DNA from: an uncultured Planctomycetales bacterium
GTDB lineage: Bacteria; Omnitrophota; Gorgyraeia; Zapsychrales; JANLHA01
Length of the DNA stretch: 64,000 nt
Assembly (NCBI GenBank): GCA_964595465.1
Contig: CAZQQI010000004.1
Span: forward strand, 30,195 to 94,194
Reading direction: 5' to 3'
Within the stretch, counting starts at the first letter, position 1, and each line of letters opens with the position of its first letter. The translations under genes and the position numbers were made by a program. Below, piece after piece: positions 30,001-42,000 of the stretch. A model generated the notes under the pieces. It was given only the letters and a program-made list of their open reading frames with translations. It was not told where the DNA came from and made no database searches.

Positions 30001-33000
30001 TGCAAATTTCTATAGATCTCAATTGGGCAAAATGGTGAAAGACGGGGCTTTGCCGGAAGTGATCGTTCCTGAGTTTAAAGATTTCAACATGAGCCGGATC
30101 GCGACGGGTCATGATAATCAATTCGTCGCGCGGGCAGTCGAAGGCGAATGGCCGCGTTCTCCGCTGGCAGCGGCTTATGTCAAGCTGGATCAGATCGAAA
30201 ATCAGCCTGAACCAGGCGCGGATGATTTAAGAGATCTTCCAGCCATCCAGGCGCCGCAGCAATGGCTGAACAGCAGTCAGATCTTCTGGGCCATCATGGT
30301 CATAGGTTTATTCCTGACGACCATCATTGTGCCGCTGATAGGATATGTCGTCTGGAGACAGTATCGCCGTAAGGCTAAAAATGAAAATCCGATGAAAAAT
30401 GATGAGGCGGAGAAAAAGCTTCTGCTTAAAGAAGCTCATGCCAAGGAAGTTGAGGAACGCTGGGCGCTTAAGATCTTGAGAAAGATTATGGTGACGTCAA
30501 TCCATCAGAAGAAAGGTCAGTATGTTGAGGATGACGACGCAGAGGCTCGTGAGATTGCGGCTGAAGGTGTTGATACCGTGATCGGTTCCGGAGCACTGGA
30601 GATCAACTTTGACACACAGGTGCGTGAGATCTATAAGCTGATCGCGGCCTGGCAGTTAAGAGAAAAGAATAAATATTCGGAGGATGTAGAACAGGTGCGG
30701 AGATTTTTAAGCGGTGACGGCAATGCTGTTTTGAACGCCATGGATGAGTTTTTCTTGGCGGTTTCCTTCTTCGCCCGCCGCGTTATTAAAGAAGGAAATA
30801 AGGACGGCGGTGGAGATCAGGATTGGATCGCGAGGATCTTCGGGAAAGGAGCTGAAAACCCGACCTTTGACAGTAATCATATCTGGTCCCGCCTGATGAT
30901 CTATTTCAATCCGTATGTGCACCGTCTGAGACGTCTGCTCGCTGAGTATGATGCTGCCTTGGAAGACATGCAAGAAATCAAACGGATCAGCCGGAGCATC
31001 CGCAAGGTCTTGACCGATATGGGCATGCGGTCGCCGGATAAAAACAGCGCACCTTCGCTGCAGAGACCATATTCCTTCGATTATGACGGCAGTGATATTG
31101 TGATACAGGTGCCTGCAGGCTATGAAGTAGTCTTAATAAAGCATATTTATGGGGTCAAGGACGATGCAATCGATGAGAACGAAGAAGGGAATTATATGGT
31201 TCGTAAGGGCGATGATACCGCTATCGTCAGACATCACAAGGATAATAATGGGCGCAATGTGTTGATTTATGCAGAGCCGGAACAAGATGTGGTGTTGACG
31301 CCTCTGCAGCGCTTGAACCTTATACAGAATGTCATTCAGAATAATGTCCGGACAGAAGATGAGCTGAGGGCCATAAAGCTGATCTTAGGGAAAGGCATCA
31401 CAGCAGCTATCAATACAGGGAAGAATAGTTTTGATGGTTATTATATCGTTGAGGATTTGAGCCTTCAGGATGTGATGACGTTAATCGCTAAATTGATGCG
31501 CAGAGACAACGTATCGGAAATGGCGTATGACGAAGAGGAAAATCCTGTTCTTAAGGAATTTATTGATAAATTCTATGCCTTCAATCAGCGTGAACAGGTT
31601 AAGCCGCGACATGTCTGGTCTCTGGAGATGTCCAAGGCGTTCCCGTATCTGATGAGCGCGCTGACAGCGGCGGTGGTAGCCTTTGATGCCGTATTCAGCC
31701 GTGGGCAATTGATCCCGCAGATCGTGAAAAGGATCGCGCCTGTACTGGTCACGAGCCCGCTGTTTATCCTGGGAGCGGTCTTTGTTGGGGTGTCTATACT
31801 GTTATACGCGATTCAAAAGCTCATCATTGAACCATATCGGTACGCCAGACCGGATATAAGCAGTTCCCAACTGAAAAAAGGCATTAGCTGGAATTGGAAG
31901 CTGTGGGAATATGCACGCAATCTCCTTCGTCTCGCGGGTGTCATTGGTATGCTGTTCGCTATAAGCGGGCTTTCTACCACCGGTGCGGCGCAGACGTTGT
32001 TGGTGCATTATATTCTGCCTATTCCGTTGGTTATGGAGGCCTTCGGCATCGTTTATCCGGTCAGTCAGACCTTTTTAAGCCGTCTGACACGTGCTCTTCA
32101 TCGCCGTTGGCCGACGCCTGCCTCATCTCTGAAAAAGCACAAACAGATGAAGTTTATTGGTGTGATTTTGTTTCTGGGCGGTCTGATCAGCATGATGGCC
32201 CTGCCGGCCATGATCGCTTCAATTATAACCGGGGTTGGTGTCGCGGTATTGTTGGCTGAGCGCACTCTGCTGAATTCGATCAATTTCTTTGAGTCCCGCC
32301 CGTCTTCAGTCATTGCGGACTCATTCAAGTATCATTTTAACCTGGCCGCACCGTCAGGGGATCTATGGGGACGGGGCGCGATGAAGCTGAACTACATACT
32401 GATGACGTTAGGGTTCGCGGCCCTTGCCTTTTATGTTATGGGGTCTCCGGTCCTGGGTGGCTGGTTCTACACACATTATTTGATCGACGCTGCAATGATC
32501 AAGACAGTGATGGCTTCCGGTTTTCTGATTATGGCCTTCCTTCTTTCTAGGATGGCTCTCTACAATGTTATGATCTCAATTATCCGTTCGTTCGTTCTTA
32601 TGCCGGTTAAATTCATCGCTACTCTGTATGCTGTTCTGTCTTTCGCGTTCCCTGAATTGTTCGCGTTCCATTGGGCTGTGAGTTGGGCGATCGCCGCCGG
32701 TCTGATGATCGCTGGGCGGTTTGTTGATCCGCTGATCCACAAAGCGTATTATGCGCTGGAACGCAAACTGGTGGAATGGCGTTTTGACATCGCTAGCGAC
32801 CGGAAGAAATTAGCAAGGGTCTTAATGCCGAAAGAGAACGGAGTGACAAAATACTTGAACGTGGCCAGGGCCTGGCTGGCTGAATTACTTGCGCCGCAGG
32901 CCGCCCAACGAAAAATCGGCATTGTTATGATGGGCGGAGATGCTCTAGGCACGCTTGGTCGTTTAAAGAACGGACTTTCCCGCAGCCGTTGGGATTGGCT

Positions 33001-36000
33001 GCGTCAGCGCAAATCAAAGGCCTTGCAAGCTTACATGGCCGGCATTCATTTTGATGAACATCTGGGAGAAGAAGAGATCGATCAGACCATTAAGCAATGG
33101 CTTGAATTGCTGCACCTTTATGAATATTGGTCCAAGGTCACCTTGTTCCATGAATCTCAGCTGGTTGAGGATGCTGTGAAAGGGACGTTGCCGGAGCAGT
33201 ATGAGCGTGAGAAAGATGGTACCCCGAAAGCCAAGGAGAATCCGAACATTGATGATGAAAACCTGAATGTTTATATTTTTCCGGGAGATCGCGAAAAGAT
33301 TCTGCATGCGTTTCAGATCCGCCGTTACTTGATCTCTATGATGTCTTCCGGCGGGCAGTCTCAGGATACCGGGGTCACGCTTGTGGATATGGCCTTGGCC
33401 TTTAAAGATAAAGGCCTGGCGGGATCTGTTGTTTTTAATATGCTGGCTAATAAATTTAACGATGCCTCTGCTATACCCACGGAAGAAAAGTTTTCTTGGG
33501 ATGCGGACTTCGGGCAGAGAAGAAAGCTCGCGCAGCTGATCTATCAAAAGACCGGTATTAAAAGTAATATTATCCATGATTGGACACCGTTCGGTGCTAA
33601 AGCAACGGCCATGACCGGGGCCGATATGACTCGGGATGCCACGGATTATGATTTTAATGTGATTATGGATCGCAATGCCTGTGTGCAACAGGTAGATAAT
33701 TTGATATTTGATGTTAAGCGTGCCATTACCGATCCCGATACGGTCATTATTGTAACCGGTCGTGGGACGACGAACACCTTTATGCCCATGGGGCAGGGGT
33801 CTCAGAATATTGAGGAAGGCCATCGTGCTTATGTGGTCGGCGTTATGGCGTTCGGCGGCTCCGCCGGGGAAGCCGTTGGAACAGGATGGGGGAATATCCT
33901 GCGCAACCTCTACTGGGAAACTCAGATGGCTGGACTGAATCCGGATTTCCCGTATCGTGCGTTGACCCCGGATGCCCGCCGTCTGCAGAAGGGCTTCTGG
34001 AATCGTCTGATGTCCAATACGTTTGGGATGATCGGGTTCAATCCCAACGCTGTCGGGATCAGTGAGGATATTTGGGCAGTTCAGCAACAGGCACATTCTA
34101 CGATCGCACTTGGCGGTATCCCGAAATTCCGCCGTTCTCGTGCGTTTTGGCATAAGATCCGTGAATCCTGGTCTCAGACAGACTGGCTCGCGGCCATGCC
34201 GCGCTGGGCCGGTGGTTATCCGCAGAAGATGGGCGACTGGATCATGCAGGAGATCATGGATATGGGGCCGTTGTCCTTGCAGGCCAAAGAGATCCGGGCG
34301 CATGGCGGCCGCTTCTTCCTTTATGCCAAGATCGGCCTTTTGAATATCCTCTTGACCGCGCCGGCTATCAAACTCGGCATTCTTCCTTTTGTCGGGATCA
34401 ATGTAATCCTTTGGTTGCTGGGTTTTATTTTTAACCAGGTTTTGACTATTAACGGTTTATTGGCTCATATGGAAGGGCACGGGTTCCATACTGTTCCCGC
34501 TGTGATCGGTGCTGTGGGTGGCGGAATCCTGAGCGCGGGGAATCCTGCCGGAGCCTTGATCGGTTTTGTTATAGGAGGGTATATTACTGCCATCGGGCAG
34601 TGGGTCAAGACCCGCGGGCGCGATATGTTGTTATTCGCGAATTTGATCGCCATCCATGTTCTTGGACAGACCATGCGTCAGACGCTGGAGTTTATCCCCT
34701 CTAAGGGTTCTGCCACCGATCACGAGACGGTGGACATGAGAATGATCATGACAAAGTCAGAAAAAGATTTTATCAATACGCGTACGATTGCCTTGATGGG
34801 GCTGATATTGTTCGGGTTGAATGTTTGGGCGCTGATGAGCTTGGATATGCTCAACGTTATTCTGCTTTTCCCGAGCCTGATGTTTAATTTGGGCCTGATT
34901 ATCGGGCCGTTTGTGGAGAAAACGAAAGAGGGGCAGGCTTGTCATCCGGTTCTGGAATTTATCGTTCAGTCATCAGGATGGGTTGTTGCAGGCGTGTTCT
35001 GCCTTCTCGCGACAGCGCTTTTCGGACTGGGCTTGGGTGGCGCGTATTTGGGATCAGCTCTTGTCGTTTATACCGGCTTGGTTCTTTTAGGTTGGGTATC
35101 GAAAAAGGATGTTCAAGAAAAGGGCTGGCGCTGGAACGGATATTCAGTGTTGTATTTTATCGGCTATCCTGCAATTGAATCTATAGATTGGATATTCTCA
35201 AAGATTCAGGGTCAAAGATCACGGAGACTATCTTCTGAATTTGCCCGGCATTTTGTGATTGGCTTATTTGTTCTTTTCTGGTTTTTTATCGTTCCCGTCC
35301 CGGGGGTCTTGATGCTGGAAGCAGGGGCTTATCGAATCATGATGACCCTGTCGTCGTTAATGAGTGATATTGCCACAGCCGTGGTTTTTGTGGTCATAAC
35401 CGCTGCGCTCGGATCTTTGGTGGCCTGGGCGTTACGCCATGATTTTGGTCTCCAGAGGATCAAATCTATGCTCCGCGAGAAGAAGGGAAGCCATATTCGG
35501 TTTTCTGCACTTTACCGCGAGTATTCTCGGCAGGATATGGATGAGTTGCATCATGCGAAGACCGCAGCAGCCTTTAACGATGCCGCCGAGTTTATTGAAC
35601 AGGATCATGAGCAGTTTGCTCAAGACGCTTTGGATTATATAGAAGGACTGTTAGGGGATCATTATAAGGTAAAAATTATTGAAGGGATTAATGCCGATAG
35701 AGTCCATTCTATGCCTGCGGAAAACGGCTACGACCTACGCGTCAGCGATGTCCAGATCCCCGAACAATACCAGCCGGCGGTGGAAGCATCCTTACGCAAA
35801 ATGCTTCAGGAAGGCGCGATCCTGATCAAGGCGGTTGACGCTGAAGGGCAAGAGATCACCATCCCCGCCGATCAGATCACCATCCGCTTCTCCAGTGTGC
35901 ACTTTATTATCGAACACAAAGAATCGCTGACCGATATTCGCGTTGAAATAAAAGAGGGCAAAGAAATCCTCCCGGAACAGCCCGCGGCTCTCGAAACCAA

Positions 36001-39000
36001 GCCCGCCGTTGTTGCAGCAAAGCCGCAAAAGATCGAGCCGCCCGCCGCCAAGGTCCGTAAGATCAATGCGAAATTACGCGATAATTATGATGTTCAGACC
36101 GGTCAGCGTATGTTCGCTGATAATGATAAAATGCAGGCCATGCGCGCGATGTTTCCCCAGGATGAGAACGGTGAACGCCGGGCTATTAAGACCGATATTT
36201 ATTCTATTTCGATTCGTGAGCTGCCCGAAGCCTTGAAAGCTTTCTTGTTCAAGGCGGCCGAAGACTGGGTGAATGTTTTCAAAAACACATCTGAGGAAGT
36301 TGAGTTCTTCCTGCCTGCTGAAAACACCTATCATATCAGTATTGCTGTGCCGCAGGACCTGGCCGCGGATCCGGACCATACCGGTGTCCTGGGGCATCCT
36401 GATGATGCGTTAACTTCTGAACAGATCATTGATGCTGCCCGTGCTCTGCGTGACATTGTGAGGCAGACAGGCATCATTACGCTGCGGCCGGTTGGTATCC
36501 GTATCGGCACAGACGGAGGCCTGGTCTTCGCTTTTGAATATGATGACCAACTGCAGATGCTTAAAGAAAAATCTATCGCAGCGGTACAGAAGGCCACTAA
36601 CGGTAAATATACCGGCCGCGCCAAGCCGCTGGTTCTGGTCACTATAGCGCGTACGTTGAGCAACCCCGTCGTTACAGCAGACCTTAAGACCGCGGTTGAA
36701 GCATTCGCCGGGACATATAGCACGGTTACTCTGCAGGACCTTGACCTGCCGGCACCTATTATTATTGATTCGGTCTATTTTTCTCATGAGACCCGCTGGA
36801 TGGATACGGAATTCGACTTGGAAGAAAAGTTACTGCTGGGTCAGGATAATCCGGACTTTGTTTCCCGTGTGGGGTGTGCCGCCGGAGCGCAGGGGTCAGA
36901 TCAGGCAGAAGAAACCGTTCAGCCTAAGAGGTCCTCATCACACAAAAAGGCTGAAGAACCGCAGAAGATATCCGAAGAGATCAGCAGATTACTCGGGACA
37001 TATAAGAATATTCCGGGCGTTGAGAAAGTGCGTAAAGCCTTGAATAATCCTTCGGAAAGACCGCTCGCCGAGCTGATCTTGCGAACAGCGCAGGCGCTTG
37101 AAGAAGATGGCGCCGTGATCAAGGCGTTTGAGGCGCGTCTTAAGGTGGCGTTAGATGAAGATGAGAGGACTGGCGAAGCACATAAGCGAACAGGCATTGA
37201 CGCGGATCTTATTGTCGTGTTCGGTGAAAATGACCAGAGCCGGGAATATCTGGTTGAAGTCAAGGGCACGCCGGCATCAGCGGCAGATTTCATTGAAACG
37301 TATTTTTATCAGCAACGCCGGACATTTGACCAGCCTGAAAGATATGAGGTTGTCTCCCGCAAATTAGAGTATGCCGGCGTGATCCTGGCTGTGCGCAAAG
37401 GCGACAACACCTATCCTGTGAGAGAGATCACAGCGATCCCGTCGCAGCCGGGATTTTTTATCTATCCGGTGGGAACCAAAAAACAGATCGCGGCCATGCA
37501 CCACCCCGCAGCAGAACGCACATTGGATTATGATGCTCCGGCCGTAAAGAAGATCGGTAAGGGATTATATGTGTCCTTAATGACCTTTGGTCTGCTGGCC
37601 CTTATCAGCCGTGTGTTCGATCTGGAAATTGTTTTCTACGTCAGCCTGTCTGTGTTGGGTGTGAGTCTGCTGGCTGCGGTGATCCTTCCTTATATATTCG
37701 TACGCAGAGGAGATGGTGCAGAAAGGGCGGATCGGCCTGCTACAGGAGATAACCGTGTTGATAGTACGCCAGAAAAGCCTGCTCAGTGCGTAGAAAGAAC
37801 AGTGCAATTACCGATGCGTGATTATGTGAAAACGAATGATGCCGATGAACAGGACGAGCCCGAACCTCAGCGCATTATCATCAAACGCTCTTGGACATTA
37901 TCCCAGGTCTGGTTCTGGGGCGCGATCGCGGTGACCCTTTTCGGCGCGTATAAAGGGGATCACAAGATCATTGATACCGGCTTCGGCTGTTTTATGATCT
38001 ACCTTGGCATTGTCATTGTGAAAAAGATCATGGCTGTTTTCATTTCGCGAAGAGACAGGCTTTTAGATAAGGCTGCCGCAGACCAAGGCTCAAAGATAGA
38101 AGACGAAGGTCAGGAGATGATGGGCACAAAGTATCCTGCCGTCTTCGGCGCTGAGGAGAAGGCGGACGAGATCTTTTTTGAGACCCTGGAAGAGGTCGGG
38201 GACATGTTAGAGATCATGCGGGTGCGTGTGCAGAAGGCTGAAGAGGTTTATGCCCGGATCGAGCAGACGAAGATAGAGGAAGAGGAGGATAAGGTTCTGG
38301 ATCTTGTTTCTTCTTTAATCGGGGCTGAGGAAGCTCACCGGGCGTTTAAGGATAAAATAAAGGTCCTGAGCAAAGAGATCCATGCCGGGGAATTGGAAGG
38401 ACATTCGGTTACTGCGGGAGTTGAGGATGCCCGCGATATGCGAAGCCATGCGATGTATGTTTTGAAGAATTCTTCAGCTGTTTTAAATAAGCTGGCGCAG
38501 AAGGCGCTGGGATTTATTGTTCAGGTTGAAGATAACCAGAGAGAGATCGCCCGGGCATTTTACGATCTTGATGGAAAAAACGGCAAAGATTTTGAGGAGC
38601 ATTACAGAGACACTAGAAGTTTTGCCGGGATAATAGAATTGCTGCATGAATTCATGAGGGCTAAAACACAACCTCGGAAAACGCTTGATGTGAGAACCGC
38701 CGGCACCGAACCGTCGCCTTCTTCATCGAACAATATCGCAGATGACCAGGCAGCAGGACTGCTTTCCTCCATTCAAGACGGCATGCTAAGAATAGAGTCA
38801 GCGATGAAAACTATTCGGTGGAAATATGAGCAGGCAGAAAAGAATACTGAGCAGGACTATGTTGAACGCTTAGCGCTGGCTTTAATGAGAGGGCAATGTG
38901 AGCTCAACGTTCTTAACCAGGCGCTGAAAAACGGCAAACATTATCTTCATGTGGCAGAGCAGAATAAACGGGATGAATTCGACGAAACAACAGCGCGCAC

Positions 39001-42000
39001 CTTAGCTCAGGTTAAACGAGTATGGGAACAAGCACGGCAGACGCTCATGGAGGCACAGCAAGAGGTAAGCAAGATCGCGATTAATGTACGGGGAATGATG
39101 TATGCGGTCAATGCTAAGTTGGCAGAAGTGCAGCGAGAATTGCAAAAATTGGCAGGCCAGCAAGCGTCTGATATGAATAAAAAACAGAGCCCGTCAGTCT
39201 TTTCTAAAGAGCTGGAAGAGATCATTACGGACATGTCCCGTGGTATTCGTGATGTCCGCAATGGTGTTGATATCCATGACGTAAACTCAAGTCAGGCCAG
39301 GGATTTAAGGCAGAGTGAGCATCGTTCCCGCTCCGGCATCGTCTCTATCTTGATGCTCACGATTTTATCCAGTATTTCTATCTTCGTGCTGTTTCCTTTA
39401 GCGATGGTTATTTTAATATTATTAGCAATTGCGGTTGTAGTGACATGTAATTATGGGACTAATAGGATTATTGAAGAAATTTACGAAATATCCCGGGATC
39501 TCCCGACAAGGACAAGAGGTGCGCGATTTAATGCCTGGTTCTCCCATTTATTCAAACGAGATCAAAGAAATCACGCTGCGTTTGTCCGCGTATTTCACAA
39601 TCTTATCCAGGAGATAGCCGATTGTGATGAACAACTTCAACGCGAACTTGAACGGTACCAAGATAATAATGAATTGTCCTATAGTGAGAAGGCCGCGCTA
39701 TACGATCAAAGCGTTGTTCTTCTGTGCAAGGCGCATCAGTCTATTTCCTTTATAAGAGAAAAAATTTATATTCGAAAAATGTATGAGAGAAAGAGAAGTA
39801 AACTGGGTGAGCTCAATCAGTTTGAAGTAAAGCTCTTAGTTTTGACAGAAAGTATAGATGCAAAAGAGCGGCTTGTGAAGAAATTGCTGGATACGACAAA
39901 GCTTGGAGAAAAGGGAATAGAGAGTTCAGACATGGATTCGGTTCTGGCTATTCTCACGAGCGCACAAGATTTTATCCTGCGCAATCAGAAAGAGGATGCG
40001 ATAAAAGTTTTGAGAACAGCTATAGATCTGGGGATGCATGATCCCAGAGTATATGTTATGTTGGGCGATGTTCTCTATGAAAGTTTAAAATTAAACGCGG
40101 CTATAGATACGTATCAAGCGGGTCTGGATAATGTCGATAAAACGCATGAATTTTATGACATAATCGCGCTTAGTTTCGCCAGTATTCTGGATGATCTGGG
40201 CCGTTTTGATGAAGCCGAGGATGTTATTAGAGAAGCGCTGTCAATAGACAGATACAACTCTGCCTTGTGGGTTTGTCATATAGCGATCTTGAAGCGCAAA
40301 GGCTGGTATGCTGAAGCTTTACTGCAATGTCATATAGCCGAAAAATTCATTAATCCTTCTGATTCAGCAGAGATTAAAGAGCTGATTTCCGAATTGACCG
40401 ATCTCTTAGACAGCGAAGAAGATTCTTTTTCACGTAGCAACCGCATCGATTTGACGGATGTGCAAAAAACAGACGGAGCGGCTGTTATTTTGCATTATAT
40501 AGATGAATTGCGTGAATATAAGTCTGTCGAAGAAGAATATTTGAGTGCCGTCAAAGAGAACATGAACCGCGAGAAATTGTCTGTCCTGACCGAGAATGTT
40601 GACGCGGTCAAAGTTGTTTATGGTACACAGGACCTGTTTTATGAGTTGGCGCTGGTCTTAGAACAGAAGGTCAATGCCTTCAACCGGACGGATCGGAAAA
40701 CCGGACAATTGTGGATCGTCATTAATCCTGATTTAAGGCCCATGGAAATTAAGCAGGCCATCGTTCATGAATTAGGCGCCATATTCGGGCTGCGGCATGA
40801 GGACAATTATGATCTGGAGCGATCATTGCTGAGTTCACAGTCCGAAAATCCCCTACATACAGCCCACTTAAATCGTATTCGTCGGCAGATCCATACGATC
40901 ATTCAGAAACGCAAGAACGGCGAGAGAGTCCTTAATCGTGATCCGTTTTCTTCTGGCCCAGCGGATGAGGAAGCACCTGCCGAATTGGTCTTCAAAGGCA
41001 ACTGCTGCGCCCTGCACCGTATTGTCGAAGGTGTGACCCTGCGGCTGGAAAACCCTGATATTCGGGACAGCGATCGTTATATTGGAAATGAGGAGGATCC
41101 TGACGCGGCGCGGCGGCGTGAGATCGCCAAGTTCAACCAGGTTGTCGAGTCCTGGAAGAATGTCCTGAACGAGACCAAACAGGCCTTTTCCGAAAATCGC
41201 GAAATTCAGGCGTTTGCAGACAGTGTGGTCTTCCTTATGGAGCTTGAGCAGATGGTTCGTCCTCTGATCGCTGAGCAGGACGCGGCAACAGGACGCCGTC
41301 TGACGGCGATCGGAGCTGCCGAGCAATCGATCCCTCAGCTGCACATGACAGCAAGGAATATGTTTGCAGATAATGCCCATATGCGGAATAAGGCGTTAGA
41401 GTTTATAGACGGGTTATCCGCCATTCTGGTAGACCTCATGCATCCCGAATATTTACGCGCTATGAATGATCTTGATGATCTTACGGATCAGCCTGATGTT
41501 GTACTTCTGCTGCCGGAGATCTCTCCTCTGCAGCTGTTAATGTACGCTCAAAAGTATAATCTGGCGGCAATTGTTCCGGAGAAAGGAACCGCCACGGCCC
41601 ATGCCGCGATTCTTGCCCGCGCTTTCGGCCTGGTCACGCTCACCGGCGCGTATTTGGATGGGGATATCCATAAAGGGTCTGCCTATCAGCTGCTGAAGGG
41701 TGAAGAACCTGTGGTCATCAATGTCCATGGCGGTAAGATGAGAGTTTTCCCCACGCAGAAATCTTTAGACAAATACCGGTATTATCACCGCCGCATTGAA
41801 CAAACCCGCAAGAAAGCGCAGGCCGAGATTGCAGAGACGCTCAAAACAGCTGATGGTGTAGCTATGCAGCTTGCCGTGAACAACGATGATCACCGCCACA
41901 CCCGGCAGACCTGCAGTATGATCGGACAGGCGGATCTTTACGGGATCGGGCTGGACCGTTTTGAATTTCTGATCATGGAATTAGCTATGGGAAATTGGAA

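Larger units (their letters stand above)
19603..35912 (+). other. Paralogous super-module 2 of the giant protein (about 5,430 aa)
   Basis: Same N-terminal sequence as module 1, with an in-frame offset of 19,098 nt, and the same terminal block, with an offset of 16,752 nt (also a multiple of 3). The interior is diverged but still alignable. Confidence 0.7.

Noticed and set aside
33014-34303. 429-aa minus-strand ORF, along with other long minus-strand ORFs (6998..7945, 4340..5212, 44030..44827, 2285..3019).
   Set aside because: They are antisense to the stop-free + strand coding frame. Their translations are Arg/His/Leu-rich low complexity with no domain-like features, so they are shadow ORFs.
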